Origin: an uncultured Frankineae bacterium
GTDB lineage: Bacteria > Actinomycetota > Actinomycetes > Mycobacteriales > SCTD01
DNA length: 64,000 bases
NCBI GenBank assembly: GCA_902805775.1
Contig: CADCUB010000131.1
Span: forward strand, 972-64,971
Direction of reading: 5' to 3'
Part shown: piece after piece, positions 63,494-64,000 of the stretch
Layout: every line of letters begins with the position of its first letter
Numbering within the stretch: position 1 is the first letter of the stretch
Position numbers and translations under genes: made by a program
Notes under the pieces: generated by a model
What the model was told of the DNA's origin: nothing
Seen by the model: the letters and a program-made list of their open reading frames with translations, nothing else
The model's database searches: none

Positions 63494-64000
<507 letters not shown>

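Overview
This is a very GC-rich (by eye over 70%) actinobacterial chromosomal segment, densely packed with about 75 protein genes and 4 tRNAs. I found no rRNA, CRISPR array, integrase or transposase.

From memory, gene order resembles the Streptomyces SCO407x-418x and M. tuberculosis Rv0780-Rv0821 neighbourhoods; I could not verify this here. Main blocks, left to right:
- An RsiG-like anti-sigma factor, ygfZ, a Fur/Nur-like regulator and nitrobindin.
- A sulfur-transfer cluster: rhodanese, DUF1416 and a MoaD-like carrier.
- glnR, then two divergent STAS genes next to a response regulator, histidine kinase and GerMN lipoprotein operon.
- mshD, then pstSCA divergent from pstB, with PHO-box-like repeats between them.
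- glpQ, and a tRNA Lys/Glu/Asp/Phe cluster.
- A roughly 8 kb block of accessory-looking genes with two decayed gene fragments.
- bldC, a Val/Leu dehydrogenase and DUF3073.
- An almost complete purine set (purM, purF, purL, purQ, purS, purC, purB, purD, purA) interrupted by non-purine genes.
- Lipid genes, an rpf gene behind a ydaO-type (c-di-AMP) riboswitch, and fbaA.
- A large secreted propeller-plus-repeat protein.
- pyrE, clpB with an HspR operator, purU, and hspR-dnaJ-grpE with partial dnaK.

The items I think most deserve follow-up:
- A two-motif RsiG-like protein, predicted to bind c-di-GMP.
- An RsbW-type anti-sigma kinase wedged between purS and purQ.
- A Cys-rich 28-codon leader ORF upstream of the rhodanese operon.
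- A His/Asp-rich insertion in MshD.
- A triple tandem uncharacterised domain fused to a TolB-like propeller.
- A cluster of short tandem duplications around the STAS gene pair.

All family assignments come from reading the translations by eye. No database search was run.
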